A stretch of 63,390 nucleotides of DNA, filler included, from Acidimicrobiia bacterium (GTDB lineage Bacteria > Actinomycetota > Acidimicrobiia > Spongiisociales > JAHEDJ01): the NCBI GenBank assembly GCA_029210695.1. It is 18 parts of 18 records of this genome, joined end to end, with 100 filler letters (N's around TTAATTAATTAA, not from the genome) between each part and the next. Parts side by side here need not be neighbours in the genome. Positions count along the whole stretch, not along the records: positions 17,452 to 21,319 come from JARGFH010000122.1; positions 21,420 to 25,117 come from JARGFH010000123.1; positions 25,218 to 28,627 come from JARGFH010000124.1; positions 28,728 to 32,127 come from JARGFH010000125.1; 14 more parts are not named here. One strand, given 5' to 3'. Within the stretch, counting starts at the first letter, position 1, and the number at the start of each line of letters is the position of its first letter. Under the pieces are notes generated by a model. That model was not told the origin of the DNA and did not search any database. It saw only the letters and a list, made by a program, of their open reading frames with translations. Positions 19,188-28,915 of the stretch are shown one piece after another. Position numbers and translations under genes: made by a program.

Positions 19188-20406
19188 GCCCAGCGACCGA
19201 GCAACGGACCTAGCGGACGGGCCGATGGCCGGCATCCGCGTCCTCGACCTCACCCGTGTCCTTGCCGGACCGTACTGCTCGATGCTTCTGGGCGACTATG
19301 GAGCCGACGTAATCAAGATCGAGCGGCCGGGTACCGGCGACGATACCCGGAGATGGGGGCCACCGTTCGTTGGCGGCGAGAGCGTCTATTTTCTCACGGT
19401 CAACCGCAACAAGCGCAGCGTCGCCATCGACTTCGGCACCGATCAAGGTCGCGAGCTGGTTCTTGGCTTGGCCGAGTCCGCCGACGTCGTAGTTGAAAAC
19501 TTCCGCCCCGGGACGTTGGATCGATTACGGCTCGGTTACGACGATCTGCGTTCCGTCGCTCCAGGAATCGTGTATTGCTCGATGACGGGATTCGGGCTTG
19601 GAGGTCCACGCCAGTTCCAGCCGGGCTACGACGCGCTCATCATTGCTCTCGGAGGTCTGATGAGTATCACAGGCGAGCCTGCCGGAGAGCCCGTGAAGCC
19701 TGGGGTGGCGATCCTGGATGTTGCCATGGGAATCGCTGCCCAGGGAGCAATCAGCGCCGCTCTCCTGGCGAGGCACCGTACCGGACTCGGGCAGCGCATC
19801 GACCTCTCGCTGTTCGCAACGCAGATCGGGACGCTCATCAACGCCGCCACGAACTACCTCATGGCTGACGAAATCATGGGGCGCTGGGGCAGCGGGCATC
19901 CCTCAATCGTTCCGTACCAGGCCTTCGCTGCGGCCGACGGCTACATCATGATAGGCGCTCCGAATGAGCAGTTCTGGCGCAAGATGTGTGACGTTCTGGA
20001 GATGCCATCGCTGATGGATGATCCGCGCTTTCGTAGCAACGCGGATCGTGTTGCCCATCGTGACGCACTGATCGACCTCATCAGCGATCGGGTCGCTCAA
20101 AACACGGTCGAATACTGGTTGACACGGTTGGAAGACGCAGACGTCCCGGTGGCACCGATCAACGACATCTCCCAGGCGCTGGCGGATCCACAGGTGGATG
20201 CTCTTGGCCTGATTCACGAGATTGAGCATCCTACGGCAGGCCCTACGCGCCTTGTAGGTCCAATGGTTGACTTCGGTCTGACGCCTGCGTCGATACGTCG
20301 ACCACCGCCTCTTCTGGGAGAACACACCGATGAGGTGCTCGGTGGATTGCTCGGTCTCGGGCCGCAGCGCCTGCAAGAACTCAGAAACGCCTCCATCATC
20401 GCGTGA
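19180..20406 (+). CDS. CaiB/BaiF family III CoA-transferase
   Basis: GIRVLDLTRVLAGP, GADVIKIE, NRNKRS, ENFRPG, PPLLGEHT. Confidence 0.95.
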   Translation: MSEPSDRATDLADGPMAGIRVLDLTRVLAGPYCSMLLGDYGADVIKIERPGTGDDTRRWGPPFVGGESVYFLTVNRNKRSVAIDFGTDQGRELVLGLAESADVVVENFRPGTLDRLRLGYDDLRSVAPGIVYCSMTGFGLGGPRQFQPGYDALIIALGGLMSITGEPAGEPVKPGVAILDVAMGIAAQGAISAALLARHRTGLGQRIDLSLFATQIGTLINAATNYLMADEIMGRWGSGHPSIVPYQAFAAADGYIMIGAPNEQFWRKMCDVLEMPSLMDDPRFRSNADRVAHRDALIDLISDRVAQNTVEYWLTRLEDADVPVAPINDISQALADPQVDALGLIHEIEHPTAGPTRLVGPMVDFGLTPASIRRPPPLLGEHTDEVLGGLLGLGPQRLQELRNASIIA

Positions 20407-20432
20407 CCACGAGCAACGACAGGAGCACAGCC

Positions 20433-21062
20433 ATGATCAAGACCCTTCCTCCCCTTGCGACTGTGCTGGATCCGACCACTACGGCCGTAATGGTGGTCGA
20501 CGTCCAGAACGATTTCTGCGACCCGCGGGAGTTTCCCGCTGCAGAGAGCATGATCCCTCGACTACGTGCGCTTCTCAGTGAGATGCGGGGCGCAGGATAC
20601 CCGGTCGTATATACGCGAGCGGTCCACAGCGAACATACTGACTCAGCTGTGTGGCGTAGCCGCTACTCCACGCGGCCGCACCGCTCCCAGACCTGCCGGG
20701 AGGGGACCCTAGGTGCGGAGTTCCATCCGGAAATCGCTCCCGAACCGGGCGATGCCGTGGTCACCAAGCATCGATACAACGCTTTCTTGCGGACGAACCT
20801 GGAGTTGATCCTTCGCTCCAAAGGGATCGAATCGATCGTCTTCACCGGCATCGCCACCAACGTCTGCGTCTCAACGACGGCTCGGGAGGCCTTCTGCAGA
20901 GATTACTGGACAACGTTGGTGTCAGATTGCATGATCGCCCACTCTGAGGCAGCGCATCTGCAGGCTCTCGAGGATGCACGGAGTGGCTTCGGACGAGTCG
21001 TCACATCCGAAGAGGTTCGTGCCGCTTCCAGTCGCCTAACCGCAAAACATCCATCGTTCTAG
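20433..21062 (+). CDS. Isochorismatase-family cysteine hydrolase
   Basis: VVDVQNDF, KHRYNAF, GIATNVCV. Confidence 0.92.
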   Translation: MIKTLPPLATVLDPTTTAVMVVDVQNDFCDPREFPAAESMIPRLRALLSEMRGAGYPVVYTRAVHSEHTDSAVWRSRYSTRPHRSQTCREGTLGAEFHPEIAPEPGDAVVTKHRYNAFLRTNLELILRSKGIESIVFTGIATNVCVSTTAREAFCRDYWTTLVSDCMIAHSEAAHLQALEDARSGFGRVVTSEEVRAASSRLTAKHPSF

Positions 21063-21100
21063 CCTGGGATGAGTCCGACCACCAACCTACCGAGAATTCA

Positions 21101-21134
21101 AGAGGGCCCCGTCCCAATCGTGGACGAGGCCCTC
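21101..21134 (+). terminator. Putative terminator hairpin
   Basis: AGAGGGCCCCGTCC...GGACGAGGCCCTCT after the operon. Confidence 0.5.
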
Positions 21135-21242
21135 TCGTTTCTCAAGTGTCAGACGATACGACCGATCAAGCTCATTCTCCAGAAGAGATAGCGGTGAATC
21201 GGGCTAGTACGTCTGGAGATGCGCTCATCACGTTGTCGAATA

Positions 21243-21319
21243 TGTCAACACCGCCTGAAAATTGACCCCCTGGCACCGGTTGAAAATTGACCCCCCGGGC
21301 CGGGTTTTGGTCACTCTGT
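21243..21319. mobile_element. IS21-family terminus (related end at 38955-39030)
   Basis: TGTCAACACCG terminus with TGAAAATTGACCCCC repeated twice. Confidence 0.75.
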
Positions 21320-21495
21320 NNNNNNNNNNNNNNNNNNNNNNNNNNNNNNNNNNNNNNNNNNNNTTAATTAATTAANNNNNNNNNNNNNNNNNNNNNNNNN
21401 NNNNNNNNNNNNNNNNNNNTCCCATCACCCTGATAATCCATAACTCCATCCTCGCTTCCAAGCTCCGGAGTCTCCAACTCTCCCAGGGCGATTCA

Positions 21496-21910
21496 CTTCG
21501 GCCGCCGGCTCTACTACGAGAACGGTTTCGTCTCGCTCTCTGATCAGGGTTGCCTCGCCGAACTCCTCGTCGGGTAGCAGCCTGGTGGCTTCGGCTAACT
21601 CGACCAGCCCGGCCACTGGTCCGGGCAAAAGAACCCGAGCGAGCAGGATAGCTGTAACCATCACAAGAGCTGAGGTCACGGCGACTCCGGCCCAGCCCGG
21701 TCGAAGACCCAGACGGCTCCTCGCTCTAAGGTCCGAATCTGGTCTCGGGGGGTTGTCGGCGGACGCCAGCCCATCCGGCATCGAACGGTCTGTGTCAGCT
21801 GCTCCCTGCTCGGCGATGTGAGCTTCCAGACGGGCGCGGGCAGCCTGCTCCTCGCCTTTGGTGGGCTTACCGTCGAAGAGCAAGCTCAGCAGACGCTCTA
21901 TCTCATTCAT
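21496..21910 (-). pseudogene. Anti-sigma-like membrane protein, 3' truncated by IS3
   Basis: ATGA overlap with ECF sigma, ARARL motif, one TM helix. Confidence 0.65.
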
Positions 21911-22509
21911 CGCGTACTGTCTCTCTCGTGGGGACCGCTTTGCCGTTCGGGCTCAAACAGTTCTCGCAGCGCGGCCCGTGTCCGATGCAGCCGGGACTTC
22001 ACCGTTCCGAGCGGAATGCCAAGCGCCAAGGCGATCTCGCCCTGAGTGAGATCCCCCAACGCGTAGAACAGGAGGACCTGACGGTCCGATTCCCGCAGTC
22101 GCTCCAAGAAAGCGTAGAGGCCCACCTTTCGAGCTTCCTCCATAGCGTCGAGCCTCACCGCTACATCTGCTGCGAAGTCCTCCGGCCCGGTGGACGCCGG
22201 ACCCAGTCCGAGGGATCGTGACTCCAGGTAACGTCGTCGTGCTTCCATCCTTGCCAGATTGGCGGCGATCCCGAACAGCCAAGGACGCGCCGACAGATGG
22301 GACGGGTCGAAACGGTCCCGTTGGTTGAAGGCTCGGAGAAAGGTCTCCGACGACAACTCGCCACCGACCTCAGGGCCGAGACGCCGGACCAGATACCGAT
22401 GGATCGACCCGTAGTGACGATCGAAGATCACGGCAAACATCGGCGAGTCAACCAGCGAGCGTCGAATCAGGTCGGCGTCGGTCTCGTCGACGGGGTTATC
22501 CCGACTCAC
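21907..22509 (-). CDS. ECF sigma-70 factor
   Basis: FDRHY, WLFGIAAN, EIALALGIPLGTVKSRLHR. Confidence 0.92.
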   Translation of the reverse strand: MSRDNPVDETDADLIRRSLVDSPMFAVIFDRHYGSIHRYLVRRLGPEVGGELSSETFLRAFNQRDRFDPSHLSARPWLFGIAANLARMEARRRYLESRSLGLGPASTGPEDFAADVAVRLDAMEEARKVGLYAFLERLRESDRQVLLFYALGDLTQGEIALALGIPLGTVKSRLHRTRAALRELFEPERQSGPHERDSTR

Positions 22510-22519
22510 TCCACCCAGG

Positions 22520-23053
22520 TTAAGGCAGATACTGCACCGACTCGGTCCTGTTGTTGAAAGAGGTCAAGTTCACCGTTGAGCCAGATCCTGTGGTCGTCCA
22601 AGAGGCGCCACCCTTGTTGGGCAGGTCATAGTGACGCAGCCTGGGACACCCGTGATACGACGAGGAAGTCTTGTTCGAAAAGTTCGATGGAGTGTTCCAC
22701 CAACCACCCGAACACGAGCCACCCACGACAGTCAGCGAGGAGCCAGTTCCGTTATATCCGTCGTAGTGGGTGCCCAACGTGAAGCTCGCCGCAAGGGCTC
22801 CCTTATCGAGCCCAGGGTCAGGGATTCTCCGCTGACTCGAATCAGTGAGCTCAAGGGCTCGGGCATCTCTGTCGTCGGGATCCCCATAACACACCCAGGG
22901 GGTCAGGACCAGCTCACCATCCTCCTCCTCACCTGCCACCACCGCCACACAGTGGTAGTCCTCACCCGGCTCCGGCTCGAGTTCACCTCGTGCTGACAGA
23001 GGACTCACCAATGTCACAGCCACCACGAGCAGACACCAAACACCCCTGCGCAT
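22520..23053 (-). CDS. Secreted protein with beta/gamma-crystallin (peptidase inhibitor I36)-like motifs
   Basis: Signal peptide; repeated F.N.TSS / FNNRTES Greek-key-like motifs. Confidence 0.65.
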   Translation of the reverse strand: MRRGVWCLLVVAVTLVSPLSARGELEPEPGEDYHCVAVVAGEEEDGELVLTPWVCYGDPDDRDARALELTDSSQRRIPDPGLDKGALAASFTLGTHYDGYNGTGSSLTVVGGSCSGGWWNTPSNFSNKTSSSYHGCPRLRHYDLPNKGGASWTTTGSGSTVNLTSFNNRTESVQYLP

Positions 23054-23425
23054 CCGATACCTCTTCTCTTCGTTGATTCAACGCGCTTATTGTTTGCCGT
23101 AAGCGGGGAATCGGTTCCCTCGGGAGGGTCTACAGTCGAAGAGGCCTGAATATCGTCAACTCCGGTGTTCGTGCCGCATGCAGTTTCCGGGAATCCGGAC
23201 CGGCCGGGACTTGTTTCGTCGACCTCTCGTAGACGAATCGCCTGGAACCAATCAGGAGCTGTGGGCAAAGTAACGGTCAAGACGATCGCGACGCCCAACA
23301 TCGACTCACGCGATAGCAACAATGAAGCAGAGTCAGTCACCAGGTCTACGACAATGCCTATCATCGACAGATAGCCTCGGCGGGCATCTCGCCCACGTGT
23401 CGCGATTAGGTGGACTGGGGGCGGC

Positions 23426-23716
23426 GTGATCATCATCGGAGTCCTTCTGGCGGTGTTGGTGGCTCTGTTCGTCTTTGGTTTTGTGGGTGGCCTTGCAGGC
23501 GCGATCGTCGGTGGTGGCCGTGAAGAGAGGAGCCTTCTCGTCAACGTCGGCATCGGCCTAGTCGGGTCGCTCCTTGGTGGGACTCTCTGGAACGTCATTC
23601 AGGACCGCGGCCTGGAATTCACCTGGGGTGGGTTCATTGCCTCGTTGTCGGGCTCTGTCCTATTGCTCCTCATCGTGCGGATGATCCGCAACAGACGCAC
23701 CCCATGGGGTTCCTAA
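23426..23716 (+). CDS. GlsB/YeaQ/YmgE transglycosylase-associated membrane protein
   Basis: G.LAG.IV, GLVGSLLGG, SLSGSVLLL pattern. Confidence 0.8.
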   Translation: MIIIGVLLAVLVALFVFGFVGGLAGAIVGGGREERSLLVNVGIGLVGSLLGGTLWNVIQDRGLEFTWGGFIASLSGSVLLLLIVRMIRNRRTPWGS

Positions 23717-24183
23717 CGGTGGCGCAGAGGAACCAACGGTCTTCTTCACCTTGAGGATGTGAACATCTCTCTGAGGGCGTGACCCACCCATCGGCGCCGG
23801 GCTGTCAAGTCGAGACCGCGCGGCGTGCCATCGCGGCTCGCCCGCAATCCCGGGCGTCGTGGTGTGCCGCTGTGTAAGTCCCGGCTTGGCGGCCCGGGGT
23901 CTGGCCCCTCCAGAAAAGGGATAGCAGCAGCCCTCGTTTGACGTCGGCATCCGACTCCGCTGTGTGCTAACACGCGAACTCGATCCCTCGGCGCGGCCGG
24001 ACTCGAGTCACGTCCTCAGATAGTTGGATACCGCGAGAGGCATCCGGCCCACCATGGAACCGTTTCTGTCCGACCGGCAAAGCGATGACCAGTAGAGGCA
24101 GCCCAAGGAGAGGAGCTGACACCGTCGCAATGGAAACAGGGCCAGGAGGGCCCATGCAAGACCTCGGGAGGTTGGAGGATTCC

Positions 24184-24603
24184 ATGTCAATAAAGAAGAG
24201 AATGCGACTATTGGTAGTCGCAGTGTTGAGCGTATTCGTGCTGACCGGGGCGGGCGTCGCGGAAGCCGCGACCTGGTCCCTCCAATACGACTTGTATCGA
24301 ACCGGTGTGTACCCGTTGCGATGGGCCTATCGTCATCAGGTCTTATGGACCGGTAACGGCTCCACCATCAGCGCCCATTCTGTGACCGACAACAAGCTCT
24401 CCTCGGATCCAGGATGGACCTTTACGGATATGGCCGATGATGACACGTTCACATACACATCGGGAGGCGTGCAATACAAGCGCAAGCAGACAAACGCGAG
24501 CTTCAAATTCGGAATCTGCCCCGCCTGTCTAGATGACCACCCGTGGGTCGAATCCACCGTGGGCGCTGGAGGTCAGCACTGGATGAACGGCTCCGGATAC
24601 TAG
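24184..24603 (+). CDS. Secreted hypothetical protein
   Basis: GGAGG RBS, signal peptide ending AEA. Confidence 0.65.
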   Translation: MSIKKRMRLLVVAVLSVFVLTGAGVAEAATWSLQYDLYRTGVYPLRWAYRHQVLWTGNGSTISAHSVTDNKLSSDPGWTFTDMADDDTFTYTSGGVQYKRKQTNASFKFGICPACLDDHPWVESTVGAGGQHWMNGSGY

Positions 24604-24659
24604 GCGTGACCTCGCCCGCACCCTCCGCGGGAGAATCATCGACGACACAGCCAGCGCCG

Positions 24660-25030
24660 ATGGCTGGGAGCGTGATCCTCCATCACGTCAGCAAGAAGTT
24701 CGGTGCAGTGACAGCTCTCACGGACATCTCGTTGGCGCTCGCTTCGGGGACCACGGCCCTTCTCGGTCGAAACGGTGCCGGCAAGTCGACCCTGCTGAAT
24801 TTGATCACCGGCGTTGTGCTGCCATCGGAGGGCAAGGTAACGATAGGTGGACATGCGGCTGGGTCTCCAGCCGCATGTCGTTCTGCGGCGCGACAGCTTG
24901 AGTTTCCTGGCACAGCGGGATTCTTGACCGCCAGACACCTTGAACGGATCCTCGCCATGGAGTCTGGCGAGCGCGTCAGCTTTCGGGAGACCCTAAAACG
25001 ATTCGAGGTTCCGGACCGTCGCATGCGTAA
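24660..25030 (+). pseudogene. ABC ATP-binding protein truncated by an IS3-like end
   Basis: GRNGAGKST; breaks at the signature motif; 25040-25117 resembles the IS end at 48625-48700. Confidence 0.75.
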
Positions 25031-25602
25031 GTTGTCAAAGCGGAACTTGTCAAGCTTTTTGAGACAGACGGTTCATTGTTTCATTGGGTCGGCGTGTCCT
25101 CCTCTGGTTTGTTGATCNNNNNNNNNNNNNNNNNNNNNNNNNNNNNNNNNNNNNNNNNNNNTTAATTAATTAANNNNNNNNNNNNNNNNNNNNNNNNNNN
25201 NNNNNNNNNNNNNNNNNCCATCAAGCATCCCCGCCGCCCCATCGCACGTCAAACCCGACTTGACACCAATATCGACTTAGGGAATCAGATCACCACCACA
25301 TCTGCAGGCTCTGACCCAACGCAAGGTGCGCGGTAACCGGCAGATCGAGAGAAGACAAAGAGGGAACGTCACTTTCGGTCCTCTCGGACCTTCCAGCGTG
25401 GCCGGCTTTCACCCTCACATGTCGGCTCTTCGGTGGGTCATTGCTCCGAGCGCACCGTCACAGTCAAGAATGCCGCCAATCACTCCCACGTGCTAAACCC
25501 AACCGCTCGCGAGGTCGGGAACTGTGGGTGATCCGTCCTAGATCCATCATCGATCGGAACGACTCCGCCACGATCCGTGTTCGCCGTGGAGCCAGGCCGA
25601 CA

Positions 25603-25675
25603 GCGCAGGAGGGTGCCGATACTGAGCACTTCCCGAAATGCTCGTTATGGGGCGAGAACAGGGCGATATGGGTCG
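25603..25675 (+). repeat. GTGCCG-family repeat, copy I
   Basis: GGTGCCGATACTGAGCACTTCCCGAAATGCTCGTTATGGGGCGAGAACAGGGCGATATGG. Confidence 0.75.
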
Positions 25676-25712
25676 GGTGAGTGGCGCACCCCTAGCAGAA
25701 TGGGCGACGGCC

Positions 25713-25727
25713 GACTACAATGTAGTC
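25713..25727. promoter_or_regulatory. Palindromic operator of the TA pair
   Basis: GACTACA-A-TGTAGTC abutting the antitoxin ATG. Confidence 0.6.
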
Positions 25728-26150
25728 ATGCCTGTTGTATCGATTCGATTCTCAGACGAGCCGTTACACCAACGACTCAAGGACAGCGCCCACCGGCGTG
25801 ACATCGGGGTCTCGACCCTGGCCGAACGGTTGATCAATGAGGGGTTGCGCATGGACGCTCACCCATTGGTGGTATTCCGAGACGGACCATCCGGTCGCCG
25901 ACCCGTCCTCGTCGGTGGACCCGAGGTAGCCGACGTCATCGGTGCCATCGTCGATGGCGATGTTCCTGCAGACCAGCGTCGATCCCGAGCCGCAGAGCTC
26001 TTGGCCGTCACAGAACCTCTGATCGATGCGGCACTGGCCTACTACGCCGAATTCACCGAAGAGATCGATGCCGACCTTGCGACCCGGGCTCAGCTCGCCG
26101 ACGATGTCGAGGCGTTGTGGCGTCGTCAACGAGCGCTGCTCGGGAGATGA
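25728..26150 (+). CDS. Antitoxin (RHH plus DUF433-like)
   Basis: VSIRF..L...L, EGLRMDAHP.V.FRDGPSGRR..L.GGP.V; overlaps the toxin gene. Confidence 0.8.
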   Translation: MPVVSIRFSDEPLHQRLKDSAHRRDIGVSTLAERLINEGLRMDAHPLVVFRDGPSGRRPVLVGGPEVADVIGAIVDGDVPADQRRSRAAELLAVTEPLIDAALAYYAEFTEEIDADLATRAQLADDVEALWRRQRALLGR

Positions 26151-26503
26151 AGCTCCTTCTCGACGAGATGCATGCCCCCAGCATTGCTGACGCCCTCACC
26201 ACACAAGGCTGGGACGTCGTCGCGGTAGCGGCTGTGGCCGCTCTGCGAGGAGCCTCGGATGCGGACCTGCTCGATCACGCCACCAGCCGCGAACGTGCCT
26301 TGGTCACAGAGAACATCGTCGACTTCTCACCGCTCGCGCTCCAATGGGCCAGTGAGGGCAGAAGCCACGCCGGGTTGATCTTCACGAATCCGAAACGGTT
26401 CAATCGGGCGTCGCTTGCCTACCCGGGGAACCTCATCGGAGCACTGGGCCGGTTCCTCGACAACCCTCCCATCGACGGCGCTTCGTGGACCTGGTGGCTG
26501 TGA
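26147..26503 (+). CDS. DUF5615 / VapC45-like PIN toxin
   Basis: MKLLLDEM, SD..LL..A, LVTEN..DF, H.GLI. Confidence 0.85.
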   Translation: MKLLLDEMHAPSIADALTTQGWDVVAVAAVAALRGASDADLLDHATSRERALVTENIVDFSPLALQWASEGRSHAGLIFTNPKRFNRASLAYPGNLIGALGRFLDNPPIDGASWTWWL

Positions 26504-26521
26504 CACCATCAACCCACCGAT

Positions 26522-26585
26522 TGCTCCTCGACGTGCCGTTCGGCTCGGTTCTCGGGGGCCTTACTGCTCTGTATCAGATGGTATA
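26522..26585 (+). repeat. GTGCCG-family repeat, copy J
   Basis: TGCTCCTCGACGTGCCGTTCGG directly after the toxin stop. Confidence 0.55.
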
Positions 26586-27424
26586 GGCGGACCGAGCAAA
26601 TCGCGGGGAGCGGTGGGGTTGGTGGGTTGGTCGAGGTGGTGGGCAAGGGCGGCCCCGAGGAAGCGAAAGGTCCACTCCTCGGCGAGCGGGCGGGTCTCGC
26701 AGAACACGATGGGAACGGTGGGGTAGCGGACCTGGTGGCGGGCGAGCAGATCGGCCAGCCAGCCACCGGAGACGTATTCGTGTTTGAAGACCGCCGAGTA
26801 GCGCTCCTCAACCACCACCGCGGCGCGCGGGTAAGTGGCGAGGTCGGCGAGCTGATAGGCCAGGGTGCCCTCGGTGAGACCCTTGGCGAGGTCTTGGAGG
26901 CTCTTGCGTTCCACTAGGCCGACCACCCGATTGTCGGAAATGACCCCGTAGTCACCGACCGGGAGGGCCTGGCGGGCGGTACCGACCTGCTGCTTGGCGA
27001 ACTTGTAGGGATAGCGCTCGCGAGTGTCGACCAGGATGGTGATATCGGACAACCATGAGGCTCGCCGGCCCGGTACCCGAATAGCAGGTCGGGAGGCTCG
27101 GGTGGTACGGGCGGTCTGCCAGAAGATGCCTTCCCGACCACCCTTGAGGCGGGTGAACACAAACTGGCTGCGGTTCAGACGGCCCCGGTCCAACACCAAG
27201 TCGATGGCGGCCCCTCTTCGCACACAAGACCGCACCCCAACGTCCTCAACGATGTCGGGATCATCGGGCCACTGGTCGGCCCGGTGACAGTACACCTTGG
27301 CTGTGCGCGGCCAGGAATCACCTGCCTTGAGCACCACCCCATCCCCAACCGGAAGCCAAACCAGATAAGGCAGCGACGAGTCGGGATCCGGGTTTCGAGC
27401 CACAAGGAACCGGCGTTGCGTCAC
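26561..27424 (-). CDS. ERCC4/XPF-domain nuclease-like protein
   Basis: VDTRE, LPVGDY, VERKS..DL motifs. Confidence 0.88.
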   Translation of the reverse strand: MTQRRFLVARNPDPDSSLPYLVWLPVGDGVVLKAGDSWPRTAKVYCHRADQWPDDPDIVEDVGVRSCVRRGAAIDLVLDRGRLNRSQFVFTRLKGGREGIFWQTARTTRASRPAIRVPGRRASWLSDITILVDTRERYPYKFAKQQVGTARQALPVGDYGVISDNRVVGLVERKSLQDLAKGLTEGTLAYQLADLATYPRAAVVVEERYSAVFKHEYVSGGWLADLLARHQVRYPTVPIVFCETRPLAEEWTFRFLGAALAHHLDQPTNPTAPRDLLGPPIPSDTEQ

Positions 27425-27599
27425 CAGACAAGTATCCCACGCCCCCACTCTGGTGGCTCCTGCAGACCTCCTCAGCCCGTGCTTGGCGAACCGGCCAACC
27501 AGATCACACCGAAACCCCGGCTAAAGCGATACCAAGTCGCGCACCACTTGACGCTCCCACGAGATCGCCACGCTGGGTGACGTCGATCAGGCCATGTCC

Positions 27600-27682
27600 G
27601 AGCGCGTAGGTGCCGATACAGCGCACCCTCGGCTCAGGTGCGATATGGCGCCATATGGCGCGAGATCAGGGCGATCTGTGCG
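27600..27682 (+). repeat. GTGCCG-family repeat, copy K
   Basis: AGGTGCCGATACAGCGCACCCTCGGCTCAGGTGCGATATGG...GAGATCAGGGCGATCTG. Confidence 0.7.
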
Positions 27683-27703
27683 TGAATGATGAGGGCTACC
27701 GAA

Positions 27704-28324
27704 TCAGGTGGGTGGGTTGGGTTGGTCGTTTGCTTGGAGGGCGTCGTCGAGTTCGAGGAACCCTTGGGTTGCCCACCACAGGTGGTCTTCGGGATAGACA
27801 CCAAAACCTTGGTGGTCCCGCCGCCAATCCCGGTCATGGTAGGAGTCGACCACTCGGCCGAGATGCCGTCTGGATGCCTCGAGTTCCGTTTGAAGCTGCG
27901 CTCGGTACACCGCCCGGTCGGCCGGTTCGAGTACCGCGAGCTCGCCCAGGCGACGGTCTGCCAACAAACCCAGGGTCGTATGGTCGGGTCCGAGTTCTCT
28001 GGACCAGAAACGGACCGGCCGGGAGATGGCGTGGTTCCACACCGGCCAGGTGGTGGGCCGCCACCACCACCGCAGCGGGTACTTGTCGAAGCGGAGGATC
28101 GAGGCGGTCGCTTCTGCTTGGGCGGGGCGAGCCAGCCAGGTGACCTCCTCGACCGGAAGGTCAACAACTTGCGCCATCCAGATCACCTCGATGGTGTCGG
28201 GTCCCGTCAACAGGTCGCCGAACACGTGCGCCTCAACAATGACCGAGTCTCGCCACGATGAAGTGTGGTCGGTGAGGTCGTCGGCCACCTGGCGGAGCCG
28301 ACCGATCGCAGTGCTGTATTTCAC
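27704..28324 (-). CDS. Hypothetical protein (possible nucleotidyltransferase-like fold)
   Basis: MKYSTAIGRL start, VFGDLL, PVWNH, PEDHLW; natural composition. Confidence 0.65.
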   Translation of the reverse strand: MKYSTAIGRLRQVADDLTDHTSSWRDSVIVEAHVFGDLLTGPDTIEVIWMAQVVDLPVEEVTWLARPAQAEATASILRFDKYPLRWWWRPTTWPVWNHAISRPVRFWSRELGPDHTTLGLLADRRLGELAVLEPADRAVYRAQLQTELEASRRHLGRVVDSYHDRDWRRDHQGFGVYPEDHLWWATQGFLELDDALQANDQPNPPT

Positions 28325-28402
28325 TATCCCATTCTGCCGTACTCGACACCTCGAGACATGTGGTGTTCGGGCCACTGTCCGCGTGTGCCAGCCGAACTCC
28401 TC

Positions 28403-28627
28403 CGGTGGTGCCGCCGACTCTCCGTCGGAGGTGCTCCTTGTAGCCGGCGAAACGGAGGCTGCGGCTGTGGGGTGGGTCGGCTGTGTTCCTTCCGGAGGTT
28501 GCCAATGGCCGACCCGATCAGATCGGTGGCGGGGAGTATGACCGGTGAAGGCGGGTCGACGGGGCCGTGGTCGGATGGGGTACCGTTCGGCGTGTGACAC
28601 CCGAGGAACGTATCGTCGACTTCGCTC
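28403..28627 (+). repeat. Conserved leader plus MTPEERIVDFAL gene start (copy 2)
   Basis: Reverse-complement homology to 4600-4820. Confidence 0.8.
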
Positions 28628-28727
28628 NNNNNNNNNNNNNNNNNNNNNNNNNNNNNNNNNNNNNNNNNNNNTTAATTAATTAANNNNNNNNNNNNNNNNN
28701 NNNNNNNNNNNNNNNNNNNNNNNNNNN

Positions 28728-28800
28728 CCCACGATCACCTCGGTCACGGCCGAGCGGCACCAACGCGCCCAAAAACCCCCTTGACAACCAAACAGGCATC
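28728..28800 (+). mobile_element. IS110-family right end
   Basis: CCCCCTTGACAACCAAACAGGCATC, shared with 54551-54590 on the minus strand. Confidence 0.7.
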
Positions 28801-28855
28801 GATATCGAGCACTCGGCACAATGCTCGTTATGGCGAAGTATTTGGTGATCGGCGT
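28801..28855 (+). repeat. GTGCCG-family repeat, copy L (right part only, after IS110)
   Basis: GATATCGAGCACTCGGCACAATGCTCGTTATGG...TTTGGTGATCGG. Confidence 0.75.
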
Positions 28856-28915
28856 GCTCCATCCGACGAGCTCGCCGGACACACCGAACGCTGCCTGCGG
28901 GTCGGTGTTGCCGGG

